Shown: in pieces, positions 1 to 8,140 of the stretch
Layout: the number at the start of each line of letters is the position of its first letter
How positions within the stretch are numbered: position 1 is the stretch's first letter
From: Salinispira sp.
Lineage (GTDB): Bacteria > Spirochaetota > Spirochaetia > DSM-27196 > Salinispiraceae
Length of the DNA stretch: 64,000 bases
Direction of reading: 5' to 3'
Assembly (NCBI GenBank): GCA_965602015.1
Contig: OZ271918.1
Location: 3,104,001 to 3,168,000 of the forward strand
Translations under genes and position numbers: made by a program
Notes under the pieces: model-generated
Told to the model about the DNA's origin: nothing
Database searches by the model: none
What the model saw: the letters and a program-made list of their open reading frames with translations, nothing else

Positions 1-61
1 GCGCAAGGGATAGGGGCGTGTATTTATCGCCCGATACAATTTTGACCAACTGGTTCTTCAT
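1..61 (-). CDS. trpE: 5' end of a probable anthranilate synthase component I (runs off the window edge)
   Basis: ATG at 61 with SD GGGAGG 6 nt upstream. Translates MKNQLVKIVSGDKYTPLSLA, resembling the TrpE N-terminal D-x-x-T-P-x-S/x-L motif. Lies directly below a Trp-rich leader peptide and terminator. Only 20 codons are visible. Confidence 0.6.
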   Translation of the reverse strand, partial: MKNQLVKIVSGDKYTPLSLA

Positions 62-108
62 TACCATCCTCCCTGTTGCCCCCGGCTCGTTGTAAAACCC
101 CAGCGGCC

Positions 109-143
109 AAAAAAAAAGCCGGTCATCTCGAGGATGATCGGCT
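109..143 (-). terminator. Attenuator terminator of the trp leader
   Basis: Minus strand AGCCGATCATC-ctcga-GATGACCGGCT (11-bp stem, one mismatch) followed by a U-run (A109-117 on +). Lies between the leader peptide and the trpE-like start. Confidence 0.8.
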
Positions 144-202
144 AAATTAATCCGGCATCCCTGGGGTTCTTACCAGGGTGCCATACGTGTGCGGTCCCCG
201 GA

Positions 203-268
203 TTAGTTACCGAGCCACCACCACGATGAGTTTTCAACAAATGTCTGACCTGAATATTTATGTAGCAT
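203..268 (-). CDS. trpL: trp leader peptide, 21 aa, MLHKYSGQTFVENSSWWWLGN
   Basis: ATG at 268, TAA at 203-205, three tandem TGG codons at 215-223. Followed by alternative hairpins and a terminator. Too short for the ORF track. Confidence 0.8.
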   Translation of the reverse strand: MLHKYSGQTFVENSSWWWLGN

Positions 269-275
269 CGACGCA

Positions 276-304
276 AGAATATCAAAAGGCGTAAGGGAGG
301 TCAA
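276..304 (-). promoter_or_regulatory. sigma70-type promoter of the trp leader
   Basis: TTGACC (304-299), 17-nt spacer, TATTCT (281-276) with an extended TG. The leader ATG lies 7 nt past the -10. Confidence 0.65.
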
Positions 305-305
305 G

Positions 306-343
306 AAAAAAAAGCGAAACGATTAAGAAACCGTTTCGCTTTT
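306..343. terminator. Intrinsic terminator downstream of ssb, possibly bidirectional
   Basis: AAAAGCGAAACG (310-321) pairs with CGTTTCGCTTTT (332-343); A/T runs on both sides. Confidence 0.7.
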
Positions 344-390
344 GCTAAGGGCTTTACCAGCCGGCACTTTGACGGACCGGCTGCAATGGA

Positions 391-810
391 TCATAGGAGT
401 GCGGGTTCGTTTTCCGCCCCTTCGAGGGCATACTCAACACCTTCCTCGATTTCTTCATCAGCTCCCTCATCGCCGCGCTTGATTCTCGGTTTGAATACGA
501 TGTGTTCGGCGACGATTTTGACCCGGCTTCTGTTTTGTCCCTCATCATTCTGCCAGCGGTCCTGCTTGAGTCGTCCTATGACCCGAACCCCTCGGCCCTT
601 TGTCAGGTTGTTGGCGCAGGCCTCCCCCAACTTCGACCAGCTTTCGATATCAAAGAAGCTCACTTCCTGAACCTTCTCTTCTTCGACCTCATAATACCGG
701 TTACTGGCGAGCCCGAAATTACAGACCTTCGTACCCTTGCTTGTGGTTCTTACTTCCGGATCCCTGGTGAGATTACCGTCGATCAGAACTGAATTCAGCA
801 TATTGCTCAT
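391..810 (-). CDS. ssb: Single-stranded DNA-binding protein (short paralog)
   Basis: OB-fold motifs LNSVLIDGNLTRDPE, FFDIESW, KGRGVRVIGRLKQDRW; acidic tail; SD GGAGG. Confidence 0.9.
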   Translation of the reverse strand: MSNMLNSVLIDGNLTRDPEVRTTSKGTKVCNFGLASNRYYEVEEEKVQEVSFFDIESWSKLGEACANNLTKGRGVRVIGRLKQDRWQNDEGQNRSRVKIVAEHIVFKPRIKRGDEGADEEIEEGVEYALEGAENEPALL

Positions 811-882
811 ACAACACCTCCGTCGTGCGATTCACAGTAATAACCGGAATGACGGCGCTGGTGCTTCGATTACGGCAAAAGC

Positions 883-1584
883 TTATTTCAAAAATGCGAT
901 ATATACCTGTCCACTGTGAAAGTGATAACCGGCTACATGAAAGCCCTCTTCAAGACGCTCATTTATCCCGATGACGAAACTATTGCCGTCATTGGGATAT
1001 GCCTCGATTCGGTAACTGCCCTCAATTCCCGCGTGACTGCTGCGGTGGGGGGTTGTGAAGCCGATCATCAGCTTATCCTGAAAGCGGGAGAGTCCAAAGG
1101 GTATGTATCCCTCTGACGCCGACTCGCTTACCATACGGGTGATATTTCCCTGCCTTTCAGCATCGGTGGAGCCATCAACCGAAGACATTCTCCAGCCTCT
1201 CATATCGGCAGCGGTCTGCATAAACAGCGCAAACATCCCATCGTTAAAAAAAGCCACATCAGACGGAGCCCAGCCTTCCTGCAGGAAGAGGGCAAAATCT
1301 GCGCTGAGATTGGTAATGTCAGAAAAATAGTGAAGGTAAAAGCTGGTGGATGAACTAAAAATACGCTCGAACAACACCGATAGGTCGCGATTCGCCAAAA
1401 CCTCGATGCCGACGGGGTAATACCCGTCTTTAATCATGTCTGCCATCCCCTCGGAGATTGAATCCTGATCAAGGAGGGAATAGTTTACCACCTTCCACTC
1501 GGTTTCCCCTTCCTGGGCCATCAGAACCGAAGAAAATGCGAAGAGTAATGCGACAAGCAGTAATAATGTCAGTAGTTTTTTCAT
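883..1584 (-). CDS. Secreted hypothetical protein with four internal ~45-55-aa repeats
   Basis: Signal peptide MKKLLTLLLLVALLFAFSSVLMA. Recurring motif: IKDGYYPVGI, LQEGWAPSDV, ASEGYIPFGL, LEEGFHVAGY. Confidence 0.75.
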   Translation of the reverse strand: MKKLLTLLLLVALLFAFSSVLMAQEGETEWKVVNYSLLDQDSISEGMADMIKDGYYPVGIEVLANRDLSVLFERIFSSSTSFYLHYFSDITNLSADFALFLQEGWAPSDVAFFNDGMFALFMQTAADMRGWRMSSVDGSTDAERQGNITRMVSESASEGYIPFGLSRFQDKLMIGFTTPHRSSHAGIEGSYRIEAYPNDGNSFVIGINERLEEGFHVAGYHFHSGQVYIAFLK

Positions 1585-1659
1585 AGAACCTTCCGTTTTA
1601 CCGGGGACTTTACCTCATCTAGGTAGTTTTTTCAAACATCTGGAGAATGCAGAAAAAAT

Positions 1660-1686
1660 AAAAAAGGCGGCCTCCAAGAGGCCGCC
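1660..1686 (-). terminator. Intrinsic terminator of the Msp-like gene
   Basis: GGCGGCCTC-caa-GAGGCCGCC perfect 9-bp stem with a U-run on the minus strand. Confidence 0.8.
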
Positions 1687-1709
1687 CAGATTTACAATCC
1701 GAATGGGGA

Positions 1710-2825
1710 TTAGTAGGAAATCGTTGCAGAGAAGTTGATTTCTCCGCTGATGTTTTCGAGATCAGCATTGGTGTAGTTAACATCGAGGTCAACATTTTCG
1801 ATTACAGCAATACCGGCACCAACTTTCAGACCAGTTGCAACTTCATAGTAGTCGAAGTGTACATAGGGAGTAAGGGGTGCAACATCAAGACCGAGCTCTG
1901 CGGAGATTCCGAGGTCGGAAAGGTCAGCAAACTCAACGTTTACAACGAGGGTGAGCATCTCAACCAGACCGCTTGCATCAAGTTTAACTTCCAGGTCGCT
2001 GGCAGTGGTATCAGTACCGAACTCAACGTCAGCAGCAAGACCGGCTACAGTGAGTCCGAGAGCGGCAGCTACTTCCAGATCGCCGGCATCATTGGCATCT
2101 ACGCCAACGCTTACAGTGGCAAGATCAGTTACTGTGTAACCTACTTTACCGCCGAAACCGAGGGTACCGGATGCATCGTAAACAACACCGGCATCAACGG
2201 TGAGACCGTCAACGGGAGCGAGGCCAACAACAAGACCGAAGTCGAAGCCATTTCCGGCAGCAGCATCATCATCAGCTACGTGAACACGAACATCAAACAT
2301 TTCTGTATCGTATACAAGGCTAACCTGACCGGTAGGAGCAGTGTCGCTGTTAACGTCTGCAGAGGTTTCTGCAAGTGCAGGATCAGCTGCGATAACGCGC
2401 TGGTTGTCGAATCCGGGGCCGTCAGCAAAATCGATGGAGTTTCCAACAGTTGTGATGTCGAGAACAAGAGTGGGTCCCATCAGGTAGATTTCTGCATCTA
2501 CCGCGAGAGAATCAGCATCGCCATTGGTTCGCACAACACCGGTACCGGTTCCTTCATCGATAGCACCAATTTCGAGTGCAATGCCAGAAATGGTGATGTG
2601 ACCTACTACATCGCCTTCGCCTTCTTCTACAGAAGTGGAAGCAATGAGAGAAACGGTCAGATCAGCACTTGCAGCATTAACAATGTTGAGAGTGCTTGCA
2701 TCCAGATCATAGGTGAAGGTTACAGACGCCTCACCGGATACGGTTGCGCTGGGAGTTACGTCTACAGCGAAGATAGATACGCTGAGGACGAGGAGCGCAG
2801 CAATTACGAGGTTGAACTTCTTCAT
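1710..2825 (-). CDS. Major outer sheath protein (Msp/MOSP)-like outer-membrane beta-barrel
   Basis: Signal peptide; N-terminus VSGEASVTFTYDLD resembles the treponemal Msp/Tpr N-terminus; alternating beta-strand pattern; C-terminal FSATISY barrel signature; strong promoter, SD and terminator. Confidence 0.7.
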   Translation of the reverse strand: MKKFNLVIAALLVLSVSIFAVDVTPSATVSGEASVTFTYDLDASTLNIVNAASADLTVSLIASTSVEEGEGDVVGHITISGIALEIGAIDEGTGTGVVRTNGDADSLAVDAEIYLMGPTLVLDITTVGNSIDFADGPGFDNQRVIAADPALAETSADVNSDTAPTGQVSLVYDTEMFDVRVHVADDDAAAGNGFDFGLVVGLAPVDGLTVDAGVVYDASGTLGFGGKVGYTVTDLATVSVGVDANDAGDLEVAAALGLTVAGLAADVEFGTDTTASDLEVKLDASGLVEMLTLVVNVEFADLSDLGISAELGLDVAPLTPYVHFDYYEVATGLKVGAGIAVIENVDLDVNYTNADLENISGEINFSATISY

Positions 2826-2905
2826 TTAAGTTCCTCCTTGAAGGTACAGGGGACCGTTTTCAACGAAAACAGTGGTTATCCCCTTATTCTTAGGATTTCT
2901 GAGTC

Positions 2906-2935
2906 AGTATAGCAACCTGCTTCAAAAGGTGTCAA
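2906..2935 (-). promoter_or_regulatory. Near-consensus sigma70 promoter of the Msp-like gene
   Basis: TTGACA (2935-2930), 18-nt spacer, TGc-TATACT (2911-2906). Confidence 0.75.
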
Positions 2936-3051
2936 GTTTTTTCAAATGGCGTTCAATAGCCGAAGGGCCGTTTTGAGCTCTTTTTTGAATGAAATTCAGT
3001 TATTTTCCGCCTATTTGCTCAAGCGGGACTAGGACGGTGGGGAAAACATTT

Positions 3052-3111
3052 GTCAATAATCGTTCAATATATTAAACAATTCTTGACCGGTGTATTCTCC
3101 GGGCGTAAAAT
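3052..3111 (+). promoter_or_regulatory. ilvE promoter with an overlapping 36-bp imperfect palindrome (candidate operator)
   Basis: TTGACC (3083-3088), 17-nt spacer, TAAAAT (3106-3111). Arms GTCAATAATCGTTCAATA / TATTAAACAATTCTTGAC match at 15 of 18 positions. Confidence 0.65.
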
Positions 3112-3167
3112 ACAAGATAGTTTCAGTGTTTTTACGACCACTGGACCCCATGCAAGGAGGACGCGCC

Positions 3168-4262
3168 ATGGCCGCTGGATTCACCCTTTCACTTTATCCC
3201 TGGACATACAATGCCCAGTACAAGACGGACGGCAACTGGAAAGAGGACTACGTAGAAAAACCTCATAAGACTGTCGATGAAGAAGCTTCGCTCGGGGCAG
3301 CAGAGCGTCAAAATATTATGACGGCGCGCAACAGTTTTCCCGAACTGCCGATGATTAACTACACAAGCCAGTACGGCATGGGTTGTTTTGAAGGCCTCAA
3401 GGCATTTCCCCAGAAAGACGGCAGCCTCAAACTCTTCCGCCCCGACCTCAATGCACAACGCTTCAAGGAGTCGATGGAGGGGCTCAAAATGCCCGGCTTC
3501 CCTGAAGATATGTTCTTTGACGCAGTAAAATCCGTCGTCAAGCGCAATGCGGACCTTGGTTTTCGACCTCAGTACGACAAAGCGTGGGAAGCTGACAACT
3601 TCCTGCACGCCACCTCGGTGTATCTGCGGCCTTTCAGCTGGACCGAAGGGGGAATCGGGCTGAACCTGAGTTCCAACCCTTACGTAGTCATCGTAACCAC
3701 ACCGGTGGGTTCCTACTTTGATCCCGACGCTTCCAGCAAGGCTATCACCACTGACTCGGTGCGCGCAACTGACAACGGAACGGGCTGGATTAAATGCAAC
3801 GCCAACTACGTTATCCCCACACTCGCCAAAAAGCAGGCCATCGCCGAGGGCTACATGGAAGCGATCTTCCTTGATTACAAGGAACAGAAGTTCATAGAAG
3901 AGGGTTCCAGCTGTAATATTTTCTTTCTGCTTAAAAACGGCAGCCTGGCAACTCCCGCCCTGGAACGACGGGTGCTCAACGGCGTCAACCGCAGAAGCGT
4001 TATGCAGCTCGCCGAAGACAAAGGAGTGCGGGTGGAAGAACGGAGAATCAGCATCGACGAGGCCATGAGCGAGGGAACCGAGTGCTTCGTCACCGGTACC
4101 GCCGCAGGCGTCAGCTACATCGAGTCGGTGACCCACAAGGGCAAAACCGCAGAGTTCAACGGAGGCAAGATGGGCGAGTTTACCCGAGACATGCTTCATA
4201 CCCTCAAAGGAATTCAGTACGGCGCAGAGGAAGACACTCACGGCTGGATGTTTGGGATCTAG
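3168..4262 (+). CDS. ilvE: Branched-chain amino acid aminotransferase (class IV PLP enzyme)
   Basis: QYGMGCFEGLKA, LFRPDLNAQRF, YLRP, KCNANY, EEGSSCN, LNGVNR, GTAA motifs. Start moved to ATG 3168, which has SD AGGAGG. Confidence 0.9.
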   Translation: MAAGFTLSLYPWTYNAQYKTDGNWKEDYVEKPHKTVDEEASLGAAERQNIMTARNSFPELPMINYTSQYGMGCFEGLKAFPQKDGSLKLFRPDLNAQRFKESMEGLKMPGFPEDMFFDAVKSVVKRNADLGFRPQYDKAWEADNFLHATSVYLRPFSWTEGGIGLNLSSNPYVVIVTTPVGSYFDPDASSKAITTDSVRATDNGTGWIKCNANYVIPTLAKKQAIAEGYMEAIFLDYKEQKFIEEGSSCNIFFLLKNGSLATPALERRVLNGVNRRSVMQLAEDKGVRVEERRISIDEAMSEGTECFVTGTAAGVSYIESVTHKGKTAEFNGGKMGEFTRDMLHTLKGIQYGAEEDTHGWMFGI

Positions 4263-4338
4263 TTTTCGCTGTTCTCCCATGTGTCAGGGCGCGAAAAAAC
4301 CGCAATTCTGACAAGAGGAAACGACAATTGCTAATACG

Positions 4339-4365
4339 AGCCGGCCTTTTGGCCGGCTTTTTTTT
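4339..4365 (+). terminator. Intrinsic terminator between convergent ilvE and flcA
   Basis: AGCCGGCC-tttt-GGCCGGCT followed by T7. Confidence 0.8.
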
Positions 4366-4367
4366 GC

Positions 4368-7300
4368 TTAGAAGGTCGGCGCCTGGAGATCCTTTCTGAT
4401 GTCGGGGTCGATCTGGACCGCGTCATCGAACTCCGGCGCGAGAATATATGTGAGATTCAGGAAGGCCAGCGGCCGGGCATCGGCCCGAACCGCGGTTTCC
4501 ACATCGCGATTCAGGTTCTCCGAGAGTTCGGCAGACCGGCTAAGGAAGAGCTGGCTTTGGGCCAGGAGATCCTCTGCATTCTGTCCGCCCTGGCGGTACA
4601 ATCGGTAGAGGGTCACGCCGAGATTGTTGTTGGCCCGGACCTGGAAATCTATCAGTGCGCGGTGGCGCTGATCCTCCTCAAGAAGGAAGGTTGATATGCT
4701 CCGTCGTTCTGCGGTGAGTTCTTCCAGGAGAATGCGATAGAGGCTTGCCGCATCAAAGTAATTCTGTCGCATGAACTGGGTGTTCGCCCGGGCGTACAGC
4801 AGGTTGATATTCGCGGTGGGTATGGACCCTTGTGCGGTATTAAACTCCCTGATCGCCTGGTCGAGAAGGGCCTGTTGCCGCATAAGATCCCGTTGATCGG
4901 CCAACTCTACTCTTGCGCCTTCGAGCCGCAGATCAAGATTGTTCGCCCGGTGAAGAGCAATAAATCCGAGCTTGTATGCCAGATCCTGCCGTTCCCGGAA
5001 GAGTTCCGGGTGGGTGTCCGGCCGGCCGTAGTCATTTTCCCTGGCCTGGGTGAAGTACTGGTAGGCCGCATCATAGTTGCTCGCTTCGTAGTAGTAAATA
5101 TCACCCAGAAGGGCGTACGCCCTTCCGAACATCGGCGATGCTTCAACCTTGCGGGCCTCCAGAGCCCTTTCGTATTCCTGCACCGCAGTGCGCAGCCGGG
5201 TTTCGGCGCTGAGGACTTCTTCGAGGCGATACAGGTTTTCCGCCTCCCGAATATACGTATCTACCTTCCGGGCAGTCTCGAAGCGGTCAAGAGGCCGCTG
5301 CAGCTCCAGTTCCTCGAAGAGCTCCCGGGCATTTCGGAGGGCGGTAATTTCATCCTGCAGATCGCCGGTCAGCCGGGAATACCTGGCGCGATAATAGTGG
5401 ACTTCCGGAATAGTATCGTCCAGCTCCATGGCCCGATTAATCACCCGGAGGGCATCCTCCTGAAGGGACGCGACGGTTTCATCGCCCCGCAAACCGGCGA
5501 CGAACTGATTTATCAGTTCCTCGCCTCCGCCGGGACCGACGCCGCCTATGCCTTCTTCGCTCAAATCAAGCAGGAATCCTCCGAGCTCGGTCATCCCCCG
5601 GGGATCAAGTTGTGCCCTCTCATCGGTGAGGAATAAATCTTTCAGATTTAAGGCGTCTTCGATATTACGGGTGTTGATAAAATAGCGCAGCATCCTGAAC
5701 AGAAGCTCATCGGACTGGCCGTTGCGGTCGATCAGGCTTGCGTACTCATATCTGGCGGACTCAAAGTACTCAGCGCGCTGATCCTCATCTCTGGTAAGAA
5801 TGCCCCACTCAAGGTACGCGTCACCCTGAGTGATGCGGGCATCGTAATCCCAGGGATCTTCCCTCAGCAGACGACGGAGATATTCAATGGCCGTTGGATA
5901 GTCCCGAAGATCGTAAATCGCGAAATCCGCGTATCGAAGAATTCCCTCCCGGTTGAGCGGGTCAATATCGTCGGACAAGAGGGTTTCGTACTTTTCCCGG
6001 GCAAGGGCAAACTGCCGCTGATCAGAAAATGCTTCGGCATACTCCAGAAAGCGGGAGTTGACCGGCCAGATTTCATATGCCTGCTCAAACAGCCTGTTGG
6101 CCTGCTGGTATTCCTGGAGTTCGATATTTTCCAGACCCTGCTCATACAGGTTCCGGGCGAAAAGCGGCTGGTATATAAATCGGTATCCGAGAAACAGCAT
6201 GGCCGCCAGCATGCCGGTTGCGGCCAGCACCAAGCGGAGCACCGGCCAAATGGTTTGGCTGAACTGGTAGGCAAAGCTCTTGCGTTCCTGCTCAAAATGT
6301 TCCCCGGTGCGTTTTTCATAACCCCGGGGTATTTCTATTTTTTTGCCGGAAATCTTACTGACGATTTTCGCGATATCCCGAGGGGGTTGCCGCTGGTACA
6401 ATGCCTCGATGAGGGGAAGGATTTCCTCAAAATCGTATTTCCCCCCGGCGATGATTTCCGAGGCTGCGATTTTTAAATTGAGAGGCAGATACGCGAGAGT
6501 ACTCTTGAGGTCGGAGAACTGATCATCGGTGATGGCGAAATCCGCGGCCTGGTCTTCTGCGGCGGCCTCTTCAAGCGCCTCTTCGACCATCGCCTCGGCT
6601 TCCGGAGACGCGGGTTCTTCTTCAGCGAAGTCTTCGGCGGCTTCGTCTTCCATGATCCCGAATTCCGCACCGAAATCTCCCATGGAAAACTCATCGCCAA
6701 AATCCGAACTGTCGAAATCCGAATCGAAGTCTCCAAAATCCTCGAGACCGCCTCCGGCCTCATCCGAAAAATCCGCTGACTCAAAATCCCCGGAATCAGC
6801 AAGACCATCTGTTGGGGCGGTTTCTGCAAATCCCTCAGCATCGAATGCCTCGTCGTCGCCCGGAGCGTCAAAATCTCCGAAATCACTGTCGGGCGACTCG
6901 TCGCTGAATTCGATGCCCTGATCAAAATCCGTATCGAAGGACGGCTCACTGAGATCTTCCGAAAGATCTCCGTCTAGGCTGTCGCCCAGTTCATCGGCGT
7001 CATCTATTGATTCAAAATCATCCAGGCCGTCACCGAGATCATCTGACAGATCACCGCCGAGATCGTCGCCGAGGCTGTCGCCCAGTTCATCGCCGCCGTC
7101 TATTGATTCAAAATCATCCAGGCCGTCACCGAGATCATCTGACAGATCGCCGCCGAGATCGTCGCCGAGGCTGTTGCCCAGTTCATCGCCGCCGTCAATA
7201 GTTTCAAAATCATCCAGGCCGTCACCGAGATCATCTGACAGATCACCGTCGAGATCGTCGCCGAGGCTGTCGCCCAGTTCATCGGCGTCATCTATTGATT

Positions 7301-8024
7301 CAAAATCATCCAGGCCGTCACCGAGATCCTCTGACAGATCACCGTCGAGATCGTCGCCTAGGCCGTCGGCATCATCAGCAACGTCAAAATCATCGAATCC
7401 GCCGCCCAGATCGCCCGGGATGTCCCCCTCGAAATCTTCGGGCACATCATCGTCGGGGCTGGCGGAGAAATCATCGGGGACGTTTTCAGGAGAGGTGAAC
7501 TCATCGGCGCCGTCGAACTCGTCTGCGCCGAAGTCTTCCATGGAAAGGTCGTCGCCCAGATCCAGACCGTCGTCGGATTCCTCATCCATGTCGGGGCTGT
7601 TAAAACTGGAAAGGTCGGTTTCTGCTTCTTGTTCTGCTTGTTGATCATCGGCGGCGTCAAGACCGAAGTCGCCGCCGAAAACGTCCGATGAGAAATCCTC
7701 ATCTTCCGGGGCATCCAGCCCAAAATCCGTCAGCTGCGGTTCTTCTTCGTCGAGTCCGAGATCGCTGAGAAAATCCGCATCCGGGGCAGGCATGCCCTCG
7801 ATCGATTCATCCTGGGTATCATCCGTTAGACCGTCACTGAGATTGGAAAAAAAGTCCTGTGCGACAGCCTCTGCGGAATCGGCTGGGGACCCCGAGTCAA
7901 ACTCTCCAGCCCGGGGCGCTTCAACGGCCTCGACCTGCTCGCCGCGCTCCGCAGCTATTTCAGGCTCGTTACCCGTGCGAACGAGAGATTCGTTAAACTG
8001 TTGCAGGGACTCATTGCTGGGCAT
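4368..8024 (-). CDS. flcA: Periplasmic flagellar collar protein FlcA-like (acidic N-terminus, one TM helix, TPR region)
   Basis: About 500-aa Asp/Glu-rich N-terminus; block LAYLPLNLKIA...KIEIPRGYEKRTGEHFE; TM helix; long TPR-like C-terminus. This matches the spirochaete FlcA architecture. Confidence 0.7.
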   Translation of the reverse strand: MPSNESLQQFNESLVRTGNEPEIAAERGEQVEAVEAPRAGEFDSGSPADSAEAVAQDFFSNLSDGLTDDTQDESIEGMPAPDADFLSDLGLDEEEPQLTDFGLDAPEDEDFSSDVFGGDFGLDAADDQQAEQEAETDLSSFNSPDMDEESDDGLDLGDDLSMEDFGADEFDGADEFTSPENVPDDFSASPDDDVPEDFEGDIPGDLGGGFDDFDVADDADGLGDDLDGDLSEDLGDGLDDFESIDDADELGDSLGDDLDGDLSDDLGDGLDDFETIDGGDELGNSLGDDLGGDLSDDLGDGLDDFESIDGGDELGDSLGDDLGGDLSDDLGDGLDDFESIDDADELGDSLDGDLSEDLSEPSFDTDFDQGIEFSDESPDSDFGDFDAPGDDEAFDAEGFAETAPTDGLADSGDFESADFSDEAGGGLEDFGDFDSDFDSSDFGDEFSMGDFGAEFGIMEDEAAEDFAEEEPASPEAEAMVEEALEEAAAEDQAADFAITDDQFSDLKSTLAYLPLNLKIAASEIIAGGKYDFEEILPLIEALYQRQPPRDIAKIVSKISGKKIEIPRGYEKRTGEHFEQERKSFAYQFSQTIWPVLRLVLAATGMLAAMLFLGYRFIYQPLFARNLYEQGLENIELQEYQQANRLFEQAYEIWPVNSRFLEYAEAFSDQRQFALAREKYETLLSDDIDPLNREGILRYADFAIYDLRDYPTAIEYLRRLLREDPWDYDARITQGDAYLEWGILTRDEDQRAEYFESARYEYASLIDRNGQSDELLFRMLRYFINTRNIEDALNLKDLFLTDERAQLDPRGMTELGGFLLDLSEEGIGGVGPGGGEELINQFVAGLRGDETVASLQEDALRVINRAMELDDTIPEVHYYRARYSRLTGDLQDEITALRNARELFEELELQRPLDRFETARKVDTYIREAENLYRLEEVLSAETRLRTAVQEYERALEARKVEASPMFGRAYALLGDIYYYEASNYDAAYQYFTQARENDYGRPDTHPELFRERQDLAYKLGFIALHRANNLDLRLEGARVELADQRDLMRQQALLDQAIREFNTAQGSIPTANINLLYARANTQFMRQNYFDAASLYRILLEELTAERRSISTFLLEEDQRHRALIDFQVRANNNLGVTLYRLYRQGGQNAEDLLAQSQLFLSRSAELSENLNRDVETAVRADARPLAFLNLTYILAPEFDDAVQIDPDIRKDLQAPTF
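6976..7363. repeat. 96-bp in-frame tandem repeat, about 4 copies, inside the flcA-like gene
   Basis: AGGCTGT(C/T)GCCCAGTTCATCG recurs at 6976, 7072, 7168 and 7264. Encodes the 32-aa unit SDDLGDGLDDFESIDxxDELGDSLGDDLxGDL. Confidence 0.95.
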
Positions 8025-8074
8025 TGCCTATCTCGGTCTTCCTCTTGCACATTTTCGGCATTCGCCGGGAAATC

Positions 8075-8102
8075 TCAAGCTCAGGGGCAAACATTCCGAT
8101 TC
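8075..8102 (+). promoter_or_regulatory. sigma28 (FliA)-like promoter upstream of the CBM48 gene
   Basis: TCAA (8075-8078), N16, TCCGATTC (8095-8102). A GCCGAAAA -10-like box faces flcA on the opposite strand (8059-8052). Confidence 0.45.
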
Positions 8103-8140
8103 TTTTTATATAACGAGCTTTAGTCGGCGGGGAGCAGGGA

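Noticed and set aside
100..270. T-box riboswitch upstream of the trpE-like gene
   Set aside because: No UGGNACC T-box bulge with a stem I/specifier architecture is recognisable. The in-frame WWW peptide explains the TGG run better.
1857..2912. 351-aa plus-strand ORF opposite the Msp-like gene
   Set aside because: Antisense shadow of a strongly codon-biased gene, with no SD or family motifs.
3189..4280. 363-aa ORF antisense to ilvE
   Set aside because: Shadow ORF with no independent signals.
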